The notes beneath the pieces are model-generated. The model saw only the letters and a program-made list of their open reading frames with translations, did no database searches and was not told where the DNA came from. Shown piece after piece: positions 24,130-38,090 of a stretch of DNA of 64,000 nt. The position numbers and the translations under genes are program-made. The DNA is from Octopus vulgaris. Its lineage: Eukaryota. The stretch covers positions 7,254,001-7,318,000 of the forward strand of contig OX597842.1 of NCBI GenBank assembly GCA_951406725.2. The letters are read 5' to 3'. How positions within the stretch are numbered: position 1 is the stretch's first letter; each line of letters starts with the position of its first letter.

Positions 24130-27009
24130 TTTAATACTAAAAATCTAGTAGAGCTGATATCAAATTTAGGTTTAGACTACACCTAAAAATATATATTAAC
24201 GATTTTATTTATTCCTTTCAGTATTTAATCCATTTTTTTTTATTGCGAAATTTCATTTTTCCTACCTTATTGCATGATTTTTAATTTGAAAAGAGATTCT
24301 TATTTTCGGTTTTAACCTTGAAACAAACTCTTTTATGGATTTTAACTTTTTGACAAAAAATTGCTTTATTTATAACCCATTACCATTCATCTTTTACCTC
24401 CTTCAGTTTCTTTTGACCAAATCCACTGACATGTCTTTTGTCAGCCGAAGGATGAACTAGAAAACACTTTGCCCAAGGTACTGCTGCAGTGGGACTGAAC
24501 CCAGGACCATGTGGTTGGGAAGCAAACTTCTTCCCCCACAGCCACGCCTGTGGCTATCTAACCTGATGTGTTTCCAGGAAGGAGAAAATACAATATTCAT
24601 ATTTAATATTTTTGGCAAATAGCTGGGAGTTGTATTCTAGTAAAGCACTGATGCATTCACTGTTTTTAGGTTAGAAATAAGCATTACTGAAAATAGAACC
24701 ACATGGTCTAAGGTTCAGTCCCACCATGTGGCACCTTGGGTAAATGTCATCTACTATAGCATGGGTTGACCAAAACCTTGTGAAGGGATTTGGTAGGCAG
24801 AAACTGATAGAAACCTGTTGGATACACACACAGGACCTTTTCCTTTTGAACGGTAGTTTTCAACACGATTTCTAGTTAACTAGACACTTTTAAACTTCGT
24901 ATACTGGTAGAATGTGTCAAAATAAAACAATTTTTTCTCTTGGCTTTCTTGAAAAAATTGTAATTTGTAAGTTTAACGAAGTTTAATTTTTCGAATTTTA
25001 ACTAATCCTACGGCCTCTAGTGAGCTACAATCATTTGCTGCGTCTAAAACAGACAACATCCTGTCACTAACCTTAACCCTCACCCCAAATTTTAGCCTTT
25101 CGGTTTATTTTTTCTTCATTGTTAAATTAATTTAAGGATAACAATTAAGAAAAAAAAACGAAAGCAATGGAAAATAATTTTAATTTAACAATTAAGAAAA
25201 AAAAACGAAAGCAAAAACTCAAAACAAAAACAAAACGAATAATTTTAGACACACGCGTAACAATTAAATTAATTTAACAATTAAGAAAAAAAAACGAAAG
25301 GCTAAAATTTAGGGTTTGGGTTAGGGGTGGTGAGAAGGGTATCTTTTTTCTTCACAAATGTAAATAAACCCAATCTGTTTCTTAAACGAGGGACATATTC
25401 ATACGGCACAGACTGTTTTCACCTCAGTAGACGTCATTGATTGGTTAAAATTGCAGAAATTGAAGAAGAAAAAAAAACAATAAATATCTTACAAACTATA
25501 GAATTCCCTCAATAAAGCCAAGAGAAAGAGATGTTTTATAAACACATTCTACCAGTATACGAAGTTTAAAAGTGTTTAGTTACGTGGAAATTATTTTTAA
25601 AAACTACCGGTCGAACCGAAAAGATCCCACTTCAGATGGCATGGATGCTGATTACATCGAAATTTATTATATACTAGCAGTATCGCCCGGCGTTGCTCGG
25701 GTTTGTAAGGGAAATAACTATATAAGCATTTTTAGAGAGTTGTAGCCAAAAAATAGCAAAAAAATGCATTTAAAAATGGAAAAAAATGATGGTAAATTTT
25801 TTTTTAAATCGTTGACTCATCGTAGACATTTTTAGAGAGTTACTTCCCTTATATAATAGCGAAAAAATGCATTAAAATTGGAAAAATTGATGGTAAATTA
25901 TTTTTAAAATCGTAGACTCATCGTAGACATGCGCTAATACCCAGAAGGGCTCGATATGAATCACGACTATAAGATACCCAGTTTTGGTTAAACTGCACCG
26001 CAAAATGTGGGAGTAGTTAGGAATCTAAATCGTAGGAGACAGACACACAACTTCACTTTTATATATAAAGATAAGGTTTCCAAGATTGGTAGAAGGGAGG
26101 GAAAGTGTCTCTCAAACTGAAGACTTGGTCTTGGTAAAAAAACTTCTCTGAAAATACAAGAAAAATAAAAAGGCTATAAGGAGTCGTATGGGATGCCTAA
26201 ACCAAGATTTTGCCTTTTCTTTATAGATTCTTGAAAGGATGAAAGACAAAGTTGACCTTCGCAGGATTTGAACTCGGCGTACTGAGGGAACAAATCCTGC
26301 ATGACATTTTATTGGATCGAGATAATTTACCTCATTGTTTATCATTAAGGTAGGCCATGGTGGGATTTGAATTTGGAACATTAAAAAGCAGAACTAAATA
26401 GTCTTTTCTACTTTGGTTACGAGGCCTGAAATTTTCAGGAAGGGGGCAGATCAATTATATGGACCCTATTGCTTAACTCAGTGGTTCTCAACCAGGGTCC
26501 ATATAAGGTGTTGTTATTAAAATTTATCTGCAATAAATTGCTTGGCTCAGTGGTTAGAGTGTCAGGCTTGCAATCATGAGGTAGTGAGTTCGATTCTTGG
26601 ACTGGGCTGTGTTGAGCAAGACACTTTATTTCACATTGCTCCAGTTCACTCGGCTGTAGAAATTAGATGCAACTTCTCTGGCGCCAAGCTGTATTGACCT
26701 TTGCCTTTCCTTTGGATAACATTAGTGGCATGGAGAAGGGAGGCTAGTATCTATGTTTGTTCCTTCTCAAGCCATGCCTGGCTCATATGGGCCGGTTTCC
26801 CGGTCTCTTGGCATATAGGATTCCCACCTGGACAGGACACCGGTCTGTCGCAGGTGAGCTGCAAGATGCAGGAGAAAAGAGTGAGAGGAAGTTGTGGCAT
26901 AAGAGTCAGCAGTTCTTTTTAATGTTCCAAATTCAAATCCCACCATGGCCTACCTTAATGATAAACAATGAGGTAAATTATCTGAGTCGGATGTCCTATT
27001 ATAGCCATC

Positions 27010-27128
<119 letters not shown>

Positions 27129-28761
27129 AGGGAAATGTGTTGTTGAAAATGCAGATAAATTTCAAAAACACGTAATTGTTTAAAATACATTTATTTTCAC
27201 TGGTTAGAATTATTTACTTTAATAAAATAAAATAATTTATTTAAAAAGGTTAAACAACAATTTGGGAAGACGATAGTCGATACACAGTAGGATGGAATGT
27301 CGGAGTCGTGATCAGTGTGTAAGGACTAGTTCTTTGTTGATAGCCATTATGTTTACATGAAAGAACGATGGTTGAAGTGGTGAAGAAAACATTTATCTAC
27401 CGTTATGTTGAAAATACCTTACCTTGTCAGGTAAGTTATAAAATTTAAGAGCATGTGAAAGAAAGTTAGATGTGGTAGAATTTTTCTTTGTACAATTTTG
27501 TGTACATGTTCTCTTAGCAGTGAGCCACTGATAGCAATAGAATGATTTTGTTAGGGAACAGATGTAGAGCTAGTGAAAGTGGTAGGGTTGTGGGATGTTG
27601 TCTCACAGTTGCTGACATTAAATTTCATTTCTCTTCCTGACCATTGTCTTTAGTAGCTGCCATGATTGGGATCATGGTTCTAGCATTCCGCTCCCTAACT
27701 CATGGTAGCTGTCTCTGACTTGGTTGAGTTGTCACAAGCCAACTGACTAACTGTCTTTTTGCTTGAGGTTCTTGCTTTTATAACTATCCAGGATAGACCT
27801 ATCGTTGAGAACAATGTGCTTTGTTGGTGGTACTGTGATATCTCTATTCTAGCTTTTGGTGAAGTAGAAGAGGTTAGAAAGGGTCAAGTGGTGAAGACAT
27901 TATTTTGGCCTAGCTAAAGGCATCTGGAAAATGTAAAACTGCTGTCAGAGAAAAACCATTGTTCCATCATCATCATCACCATCATATAACGTCCGTTTTC
28001 CATGCTTGCATGGGTTGGACAGTTCAACCAGGGTCCAGGAAGCCAGGAGGCTGCACCAGGCTCCAGTCTGATCTGGCAGTGTTTCTACAGCTGGATGCCC
28101 TTCCTAACAACAACCACTCCGTGAGTGTAGTGGGTGCTTTTTATGTGCCATTGGCACAGGGCCAAAGGAGGCCAGCAACGGCCACAATTGGTTGGTGTTT
28201 TTTACGTGCCACCAGTACAGAAGCCAGTCAAGGATGACTGTGGTACTGCTACACCAGCCATTGGGTATGACTCCATCATGAGCTACCTGGTTTACAATTT
28301 GGGTGACCAGACAATAGCCCACACCACAAGATGTTTTAAGCATCTCAGCAGTGAATCTTGATGGCCTGATCTGATTTTTGATTTGTTAAAATACTTAAAA
28401 CTGGTGACTTTTTTTTGGTGGTCAAGCTTGTCGTTCTGCTTGATTGGCTTCCCTGTGGAAGTTAAGCTAGTTTGACCTATGTAGTCCCCACCACACCCTC
28501 CACATTTGAGAAAATAGATTAAGTTCTTCAAAGCACATTATGGTAAAAATTTGACTTGATTTAAATTTGTATGTTGAGCCCTCAAAGAGTAAGATGCAAG
28601 TTCCACAGTTGGGGCCGTTGTACTTTTTGACTTGTAATTTTTTTTTAAGTTCTTGGAGTCGCTTTTCTCAGGTTTTAGGGATTTGATGCCATCGTGCAAA
28701 TTATGGGGCACAAAAGAAAAAGCACCAACCAATCCTTTCTTGCATGCTATACCAATTTTTT

Positions 28762-28904
28762 CTAGATTCTCCATAGGCTAATTATGATGAGAGCATAAAG
28801 GATGACTCCAGCAAAGAAGAATATGCAAAGGCTTATTGCTATACGCTCGCCATTGCTGAGTCCTTCTGATGTAGCAACTTTAAAATCTTTTGTTCTTTCA
28901 TTAT
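28762..28904 (-). CDS. Paralogue B terminal TM/stop exon
   Basis: As in A except one A->R change in the stalk. Confidence 0.8.
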
Positions 28905-29526
28905 CTGCAAAAAATGAACAGTAAAGCATATATCTTTTGTTTTTGATAAAAAAAAAATTGTAATATTTACCAGGATTTACTATTTTGTCACATACCGAAG
29001 TTTAGAAATAGCAGCCATAGAACCTTAGCTATTTCCTCTACTGTGGTATCCTTATCCCGTCCATACATTTGATTTTGCCTCTCTTCAAGACTAGCACACC
29101 ACACTTCCTCAGTCCGAACTCCATTCTGATATCAGCACTGAAGGTAAATACTGTATCAACAAGGGAACTGACTTGGCTTCATAAAGTTTGAGGTCATCCA
29201 TGAATAACAAATGGTTGACTTTTTGTTGGTGGCTTTCAAATACACACCCAGCTTTTGCTTTCCTCAGAATCAGTGTTAGTGGTATCAAGCACAGTACAAA
29301 GATCAGTGGGGACAGACAGTCCGTTTGGAAGATGCCCCTCCTGATATCTACTGTCTGTAAACTTCTTCCATATGCTATCAGGTCCGTCCTCCCATTTGCC
29401 ATACTTTTTCCAAGCAATCGCTCAACATTTGATGCAAACCTTCTGCTCACATGGCAGGACTCCATTTTTTCTTTTCCAGATGTTTGTACATTGACTCTGC
29501 AAGTATTCCAGTCAATAATTTCCACA

Positions 29527-29577
<51 letters not shown>

Positions 29578-30851
29578 GGCGGTGAGCTGGTAGAATTGTT
29601 AGCACACTGCACGAGATGCATTTTTGTCCATTGCTATTTTCCGAGTTCAAATTCTGCCGAGGTTGACTTTGCCTTTAATACTTTCAAGGTCAATAAAATA
29701 AGTACCAGTTGAACACTGGGGTCGATGTAATCAACTCATTCCTACCTCCTCTAAGCTGCTATTGTGGATTAATTTGAAATAAAAATACTAATTATAATTA
29801 TTATTATTATGAACTTGAGGTCGTTTCCTGGCAGAATTGTTACTGCACCAGAGAATATATTCAATAGTACCAGCCAAATAGACTCAAATTGATGTAATCA
29901 GGGAACCAGAAACTGATGACCTTGTGCATGAATCAGAAAGAATTATTATTGTTATTATTAGCAGAAGCCATTTCCTTACCTTCTTTCCCAAGAGTAATCG
30001 TTGCATTACAGGAGTTCTTGTCATAGAATCTCCAAAACAAATCCTCTCTCGTTATATTCGCGATGTAGAGAGTAGAAGTTCTATGAATCTGCCTAACTAC
30101 ATATTTGCCACGATCGCAATATTCCTTATTGCACTCGATACTACGGACCCTATTTCTCCAGACCACAGGCCTTTCCATATAGGGCATATCTTTAACCTCA
30201 AGAAAGATACTTTGTCCGAGCACAGGGTTTCCTGCAATAAATATATGAATCATTATTATTGACTAGTTTCCCATATGAAAGATTTCAGGATTCATTTTTA
30301 TCATCATCATTGTTTCAACACCTACTTTTACATATCTGGAATCAGAGTTTTCTTTATATAAAGATTTGAGACACTTCCTCTCGTGATATCACAGGTGATT
30401 GTATAACAAAGAGCCAGGACATTAAATAATGACGGTCATGGTAGGTGAACTTCAAGTAAAATTGTATGAGTTAAGAGAAAAAAATAAAAAAACAGAACTG
30501 AAAAGATAGTGTCTAGTTTAAGATGAGAAAAAGGTACTCCACTTACCTTTCAAAATACCTATTTTGTACTCTTTTTTACATTGCCAACCTATTCAAATAG
30601 AAAACAAAAATATTTTCAGATTTTAAATTTTTGATTACTCTTTACTCTTTTACTTGTTTCAGTCATTTGACTGCGGCCATGCTGGAGCACCGCATTTAGT
30701 CGAGCAAATCACCCCCGGGACTTATTCTTTGTAAGCCCAGTACTTATTCTATTGGTCCCTTTTGCCAAACCGCTAATTAACGGGGACGTAAACACACCAG
30801 CATCAGTTGTCAAGCAATGCTAGGGAGACAAACACAGACACACAAACATAT

Positions 30852-30888
<37 letters not shown>

Positions 30889-31494
30889 CAAATTGAGATA
30901 GGGGTTGTAAATGAAACCCTCCATGTGATAACATATATCCAATATACTGCTAGTGAAGTACCCAACAAAGTTAATACATAAATGTTAAAAATTGCGATGC
31001 AATTAATTCATTTACTGTATTATATGGGCAAAGGTAAAATGTTTTACCACAAATTAATAATACAAAATAAGAAAATGGAGAAATACATCTAAATCAATTA
31101 TCAACTACCAGATAATACCCAATCACATACTTTATTAAACCACTACATAAGAACATTAAGGTCAAACATAATAATATAGAACAAAACAGTGTACATAAAG
31201 GAGTAATATGATACAATAAGTATAATATGTATAAGAGGATATAAATAAATATAAATATACACTGCATCTTACAGCTGTTTCGGCCATGCAGATAATGGTG
31301 TCTCATTTTACTTATATTATCCATGTGTGATAGGCCAATATGTAGTTATAAATGAGACATTTACAAAAATATCCCAAGGCCTCTTCGGAGATTATGAAAT
31401 ACAAACCAAATTAAATATACACCCATATTAGTGTGGGTACATACCCATAATATATCATGTACACATACATATGAGTGCATATACTCATACTCCT

Positions 31495-31555
<61 letters not shown>

Positions 31556-34500
31556 GATATACATAATAATATAAATAATATAAATCAATAAACATACATA
31601 TGTTCCATATTCAATGTTACAGTTTTTCAACTTAATATTATGATATTACAATGTAGAAAACATACACATATTAATACCCAAATGCAGATATACAGAGACA
31701 AGAGTACGTTATATTAATTTATATTTATTTCCAAAATGTCATTAACGTTAACAATATTAACATCATTACCATTATCATTACCACTAATGCTACCAATATC
31801 ATTATTCTTATTATTAATAACACTAATACTAGCAAAACAACATATAGATCACATTATTAGCAATATAATAGCAAAACCAAGGACAACAATAGTATTACAG
31901 TACCATGCAAAGCATTAAATATCTGCATATACATACAAAATAAGAAATAAAAGCATATGGTTTACATGATATTAAGTTCCACAGGTGTACAAATGTACAT
32001 ACGACTGCAATTTATAATTTCAACTGTTACACAAAAACAGTATTACGTTCAGAAATATTTAAGAATCGAACGCTAAAATATGATTGGCTTGTACATTTAA
32101 ATTTAAATAACAATTGTCTTTCTTTACGGTTGGTTTGTTAAGAAACATCCACACACGCACATTTGCAAACGTACGCCTAAACGCACATACACAGACAAAT
32201 CACAACTCAAGAGATACCAGCTCACACACACACACATGCTTACGTACATACAAATCTACACACATGTTTGTGTTCTCCCAGTCAACAGCCTTATCATTAC
32301 TGGTACTTTAAACTCTTCGGTTGCATATTTGTGTGAATAAAATCGTTTTTCTTTGGAATAGGAAAAAAAAGTCTATCTTTATTTCTTCTTTTGCTGGTGT
32401 CTCAAATTTAGGTTAAATCAGTGTTTCTCAAAGGGAAGGCCTATGGGACGGTCGGACAAGTTGGCTTGAGAAAATTTGGTTTAAATGTTTGACAACTCAG
32501 CACCATCCATTGGACGGTGTGGGGGCGTTTTTCTTGTACATTATATAGTGACAGAAGGTATTGAAAATGTGATTATATGTTTGAACACTAAGACATCTGC
32601 TATTTTCATCATCATCATCATTCTAATATCCATTTAAATGGGTCATATAGAATATGTTTAGGTGGACAATAACGAAAAGGAGTGGGCTGAGGACTGAGCC
32701 TTGTTGAGCACTTACCTGTACACCAGATTCTTAGTTATACCTGTGGGTAACTCATGCAGACAGAGATATACATTAAATACAGTGACATAAGGCATTGAGG
32801 CTCTATGTTTAAACACTATTCTTTTACTTGTTTCAGTCATTTGACTGCAGCCATGCTGGAGCACCACCTTTAGTCGAACAAATCGACCCCAGGACTTATT
32901 CTTTGTAAGCCTAGTACTTATTCTATCAGTCTCTTTTGCCGAACCGCTAAGTTACGAGGACATAAACACGCCAGCATCGGTTGCCAAGCGATGTTGTGGG
33001 GACAAACACAGACACACAAACACACACATACACATATACGATGGGATTCTTTCAGTTTCCATCCACCAAATCCATTCACAAGACTGTGGTCAGCCCAAAG
33101 CTATAGTAGAAGACACTTGCCCAAGGTGCCATGCAGTGGGACTGAACCTGGAACCATGTGGTTTGTGCATGACTTTGTGCATGAATTAGAAAGAATTATT
33201 ATCTCTTATTATAAAAGGCAGATTTTATCTGCCTCCCTTTGGGAGTTATACAAATCTACAATATAGGATTTCTTCAATTACAATTTACCTTGCATTTTTA
33301 AGAGTACAATGCATCGCGTCATGCCAGGTCCAGTTTTTAAAATTTAAACTCCAATTAAGCAAAATTTACAGAAAACTCACATTCTGGTGTGTGTGTCAAA
33401 TGCTTTTCTTAGTCTGGTTTACAGCACACGCAAACGCACACACACAGTGGGCAACGAATAAAATGAAAGTAATTGACTTACTGTAGTGAGTGATTCTTTC
33501 ACTCTGCCTCCCACTTCCTCTTTCAACACATAGACACGCAAATATATAAATAAAATTGTAAGCTAACGTGCGTGTGTGTGAGTGGGTGTGTGGGTGTGCG
33601 CGTGTGTGTGTGTGTGTGAGGGTGCGTGTGTGTGTGTGTGTGTGTGTGTGCGTGTGCGTGAGTATGTGACAGGAAAGTTTTTTACGACGAATATAACACC
33701 TATATCCAAGTAGCAGAAAGATAAGACAGTAAGGTGTGATTTGAGGGAGATTTGGCTGCTATTTCTACCATGTCTAGCTGCCATGTAGGGGTCTCCCTCA
33801 TAGGCTCATACATACATATATACATAGATAAGACAGTAAGGTGTGATTTGGGGGAGATTTGGCTGCTATTTCTACCAGGTCTACCTGCCATGTAGGGGTC
33901 TCCCTCATAGGCTCATACATACATATATACATAGATAAGACAGTAAGGTGTGATTTGGGGGAAATTTGGCTGCTATTTCTACCAGGTCTACCTGCCATGT
34001 AGGGGTCTCCCTCATAGGCTCATACATACATATATACATAGATAAGACAGTAAGGTGTGATTTGGGGGAAATTTGGCTGCTATTTCTACCAGGTCTAGCT
34101 ACCATGTAGAGGTCCCCCTCATTGGCTCATACATACATATATACATAGATAAGACAGTAAGGTGTGATTTGAGGGAGATTTGGCTGCTGTTTCTACCAGG
34201 TCTGTTAGGCCTTCTCATGTAAACTCAAGCTTTCTCATGCCTTGAACATAAGACCAAAGCAGAGAATGTATTCATTTATTCTTCTGCTTTTTCCAGCCAT
34301 TGGTCTGTGGCCATGCTGGGGCAATGCTTTGAAGAATTGTAGTTTAATGAATCAACTCGTTTTATTTTTGTAAGCATTGTACTTATTCTATCTGTTTCCT
34401 TTGTCAAACCACTAGGTGACAGGGATGTAAACAAACCAACATTCGTTGTCAAGCAGTGGTGGAGGACAATCACAAGCACAGACACGCACACACACACACA

Positions 34501-36344
34501 TACATGCATACACATATACACACATACATACATACATACATATATATATATGTGTGTATATATATATTTTCGTCGCTTTGAGACCGCGACCTGTTCACTG
34601 ACAAAAATATCGTGCTAACAGGTCGCGGTCTCAAAGCGATGAAAATATTTTGACAAATTAAATTTAAATGTTGAAGTGAATCTAACGGTTTTTGTGTGTT
34701 TCTTAAATGGCTTATAAACACCTTCAACGCTGCAACTGTTTTCGTTCCAGCACACGATCTCAGATCAAGTCACTTGCTATGCAAGTACATCTCTGTAACT
34801 ATATATATATTTATATATATATATATATGTATATTGGTAAAAACAGTAAGATAACAAAAGAAAGAAAGAGACCTCAATATTATGTAAATAGAGGAAATCT
34901 TTATATATAAAAGTGAGGTTGTGTGTCTGTCTCCTACGATTTAGATTCCTAACTACTCCCACATTTTGCGGTGCAGTTTAACCAAAACCGGGTATCTTAT
35001 AGTCGTGATTCATATCGAGACCGTCTGGGTATTAGCGCGCGTCTACGATGAGTCTACGATTTAAAAAAATTTACCATCAATTTTTCCCATTTTTAATCCA
35101 TTTTTGACATATATAAGGGAAGTAACTCTCTAAAATTTATTATTAAATCTCAGAACGTAAAAAGCTACAGTAACACCCCCCTTTGTGGTTAGCCATATTG
35201 AGATGGCTATTATACTTTACATCTCTAAAAATGCTTATATAATTATTTCCCTTACAAACCCGAGCAACGCCGGGCGATACTGCTAGTTGTTATTATTAGC
35301 AGAAGTCATTTCCTTACCTTCTTCCTTCAAAGAAATCGTTGCATAGCGATATTTCTTGTCGCGGAAAATCCAGTCCACATCTGCCTGTGATATATATTTT
35401 ATCAAAATAGTGGATATATTACCACTCTGCTGAACTTCTACTCTGCCAGATTTATAACATGTTCTATCACATTCAAAGCTTTTATTCTCATTTTTCCAGG
35501 TAACAGGTCGCTCCATGCTGGGTATTTCTTCAGTTTGAAGAGTCATGGTTCCTCCAAGTACAAAACTTCCTGAAATATATATATATATATCAATATTACA
35601 GACTAGTTTCCCATATGAAAGATTTCAGGATTAAATTTAAAAACAAAAACATGACTATAAACTGAGGGAAGAGAAAGAAATAAAAGAGAGAACTGAGAAG
35701 ATAGTGTCCAGTTTAAAATGAGAAACAGGTTTCTTACCTTTTTGAATGATTTTGTAGACTCTTTCACATTGTGAGCCTAAAAGAGATGAAGACAAACATA
35801 TTTTCAAATTTTACATTTTTGAGTATTATTGTCGTCGTCATCGGCGTCATTTAATATCCGTTTTCCATGCAGAAATGAGTTGGACAGTTTAACCAGAGTT
35901 GACAAGATGGAGAGCTGCACAAGGCTCCAGTGGGATTTAGCATGCTGGGTGCTTTTATTTGGCACCACATGAGAGCCTGTTCATGGCACTGCCATGTGCT
36001 TTTTATGTGGCAATGGCACAGAAATCTTGCAGGCCAATCTTCTTCAGCAGGGGAGTGACCTTAACATATCTGCTGTGGAGTACGGCTCTCTTGAGTACAG
36101 CAAGGCCCCAGGCATTTTGCTTGTTTGTCATCTTGTCTGAAAGGCAAGTGGGAGTTGTAGGGTGTGGGATGTTGTCTCACAGTTGCTGACAGTAAACTTC
36201 ATTTCTCCTTCTGACTAAGGTTCTAGCTGGTCAGCCAATACTGAAGGATTACCCACTAAAAAATAGAGCAAAAACAAATGAAAACTTACCATAAAAAATT
36301 GTAAACAAGGCAAAGAAGAAGAAGATGAATAGCTGACTGTCCAT
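28762..36344 (-). CDS. Paralogue B: 260-aa type-I membrane protein with two atypical Ig-like domains; join(36344..36290,35776..35738,35569..35318,30588..30547,30231..29980,28904..28762)
   Basis: Same six exons, lengths and splice sites as paralogue A, frame intact. 19 aa differences by manual comparison. Confidence 0.85.
29980..30231 (-). CDS. Paralogue B Ig-like exon D2
   Basis: 252 nt, canonical sites, 6 aa differences from A. Confidence 0.88.
30547..30588 (-). CDS. Paralogue B micro-exon 2
   Basis: Identical to 10503..10544. Confidence 0.8.
33202..35286 (+). mobile_element. Composite Helitron insertion present only in copy 2
   Basis: Starts TC, ends hairpin + CTAG, inserted at A|T with no TSD; empty site at 13089/13090 in copy 1. 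Confidence 0.85.
33721..34200 (+). repeat. 107-bp minisatellite, ~4.5 copies, inside the Helitron
   Basis: ATAAGACAGTAAGGTGTGATTTG recurs about every 107 bp from 33721. Confidence 0.9.
35318..35569 (-). CDS. Paralogue B Ig-like exon D1
   Basis: 252 nt, canonical sites; GSFVLGGTMTLQTEEIPSMERPVTWKNENKSFECDRTCYKSGRVEVQQSGNISTILIKYISQADVDWIFRDKKYRYATISLKEE. Confidence 0.88.
35738..35776 (-). CDS. Paralogue B micro-exon 1 (GSQCERVYKIIQK-G)
   Basis: 39 nt, canonical splice sites, 2 nt differences from A. Confidence 0.8.
36290..36344 (-). CDS. Paralogue B signal-peptide exon
   Basis: Identical to 14953..15007. Confidence 0.85.
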
Positions 36345-36594
36345 AATCTGAAAAATAATTTTTAAAAAGAGTGAAAACTTGTTGTCTCAGTCCCATCAAT
36401 GGGAGGAACTGATAATATTTTAGGTCTTATTTTAACTCCTTTTATTTTCAGAATTTCAGTCCCTATGTCTTCTGATGTCACTTACTCTCTCCTCCATTTC
36501 CCAAAACACAAAATAACAAGAAGCTATTCATGTCAGATGTCTACTTAACAATCATGATGACATTGCTGTGGTATTTAACATTAGGTTATATAAA

Positions 36595-36851
36595 CGTATA
36601 TATATAAAAGGCATCGTGTGTGTGTGTACGTGAATGTAATTTATGCACATCCACAAATTAGCAAGCATGTTGCTCCAATTTTAGGAGGACATTCGTCATG
36701 ATCCTAGCTATATTTTCGTCAAATTATTTTCCCCTGAGGCACCAGCAAATAGCGCTAAAATAAATTTTCGACCTTAACTTAACAATTTTCACAGCAGAGA
36801 AATCCACCATTGTTTATACAAACACGAGTCAAATCCCCTTCTAGCAACGGT

Positions 36852-36942
<91 letters not shown>

Positions 36943-37642
36943 ACTGATTTTTAAAATTTCGTCTTTTTACTGAGTGATTGACAGGCAAAAACAGACAGAA
37001 AGGTGTTGTTATGTATGTATGTGTGAATGACTTCAGTCACACACATACACACGAACATGTATGCATACAAAACACAAAACACATATAAACGATATTCTCC
37101 GTTTCTCCACAACTAATTTCCTAATTTGCTGAATCCGTTGCTCTACTCATAGCAATATATAGCTGTTCGTGCATGAACATGGGAAAGAGCAGGGGTTACC
37201 AGAGCAAAAGACCCACATGTTGACTGTAGACATGCTCCTTCGCAAACGATCGGCTAATATTTTGTAAACAATGTTTCAAAACTGTCCATGTTTTCGAAAG
37301 GAGAGATCTGACTCTTTTCAACCATAACGTCTACCAATTTTGATGTATTTTGTTCAAACTTGATGCCAGGATTACTTAGGACTCATGGGATCTTTGAATG
37401 CTTTAAGTTCTCCAAAAACGAAAAAAAAAAAAAACAATCGATGAGCGGAAAAAATAAAGAAAGCAATTCCTAATGGGATTTCCCAATCAAATTGTCTGCA
37501 AAATTTCAGCCAAAAGTTTACCAATTTCAATGGATTTCACTCAAATTTGACGTCGATGTTACTTAGTTTGCTTTGAAATAAAGAGCTTGATTAGCTTAAT
37601 AATCCTAACTTAATCCCGAGCAAAGCCAGGCTATACTGCTAG
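36595..37642 (+). mobile_element. Helitron-like element (3' part missing in copy 1 at ~15396)
   Basis: TATATAAAAGGC start; ends CCCGAGCAAAGCCAGG...CTGCTAG; internal (GA)n. Confidence 0.6.
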
Positions 37643-38090
37643 AATACGTATATTTCTAAGTATATCTCTACTGATTTTCTATAGAATTTCAGGTAAACAG
37701 TGAATCTTATGATGTTTCATATACAAATATGTTTATGTAAATGATGTTATTAGAGACAGAAAAGATAGGTAATAGGTGTATGTACATATTTCGAGAGTTG
37801 TTGTCCTTTCATCAGCACCACATCCTACCCATCGACTATCCATGATGCCTAAAAGTGTTACACAGTGGGACTGAACCTGGAATCATGTGGTTGGGAAGCA
37901 AACTTGCTTGGTTTTAATAGTATTAAAATAGATTGTATTTGTATTTTATGGTCAGATCAAGGATCTCATCAAAGGCTGATGAAACCTGCTGCTCGTACCA
38001 TGTAAACAAGTGAAGAAAATATATAGTGCATGTGTTTATTTGGCAAAAAAATTTAAATAACCATCCTGAAATACAATATATATATATATA

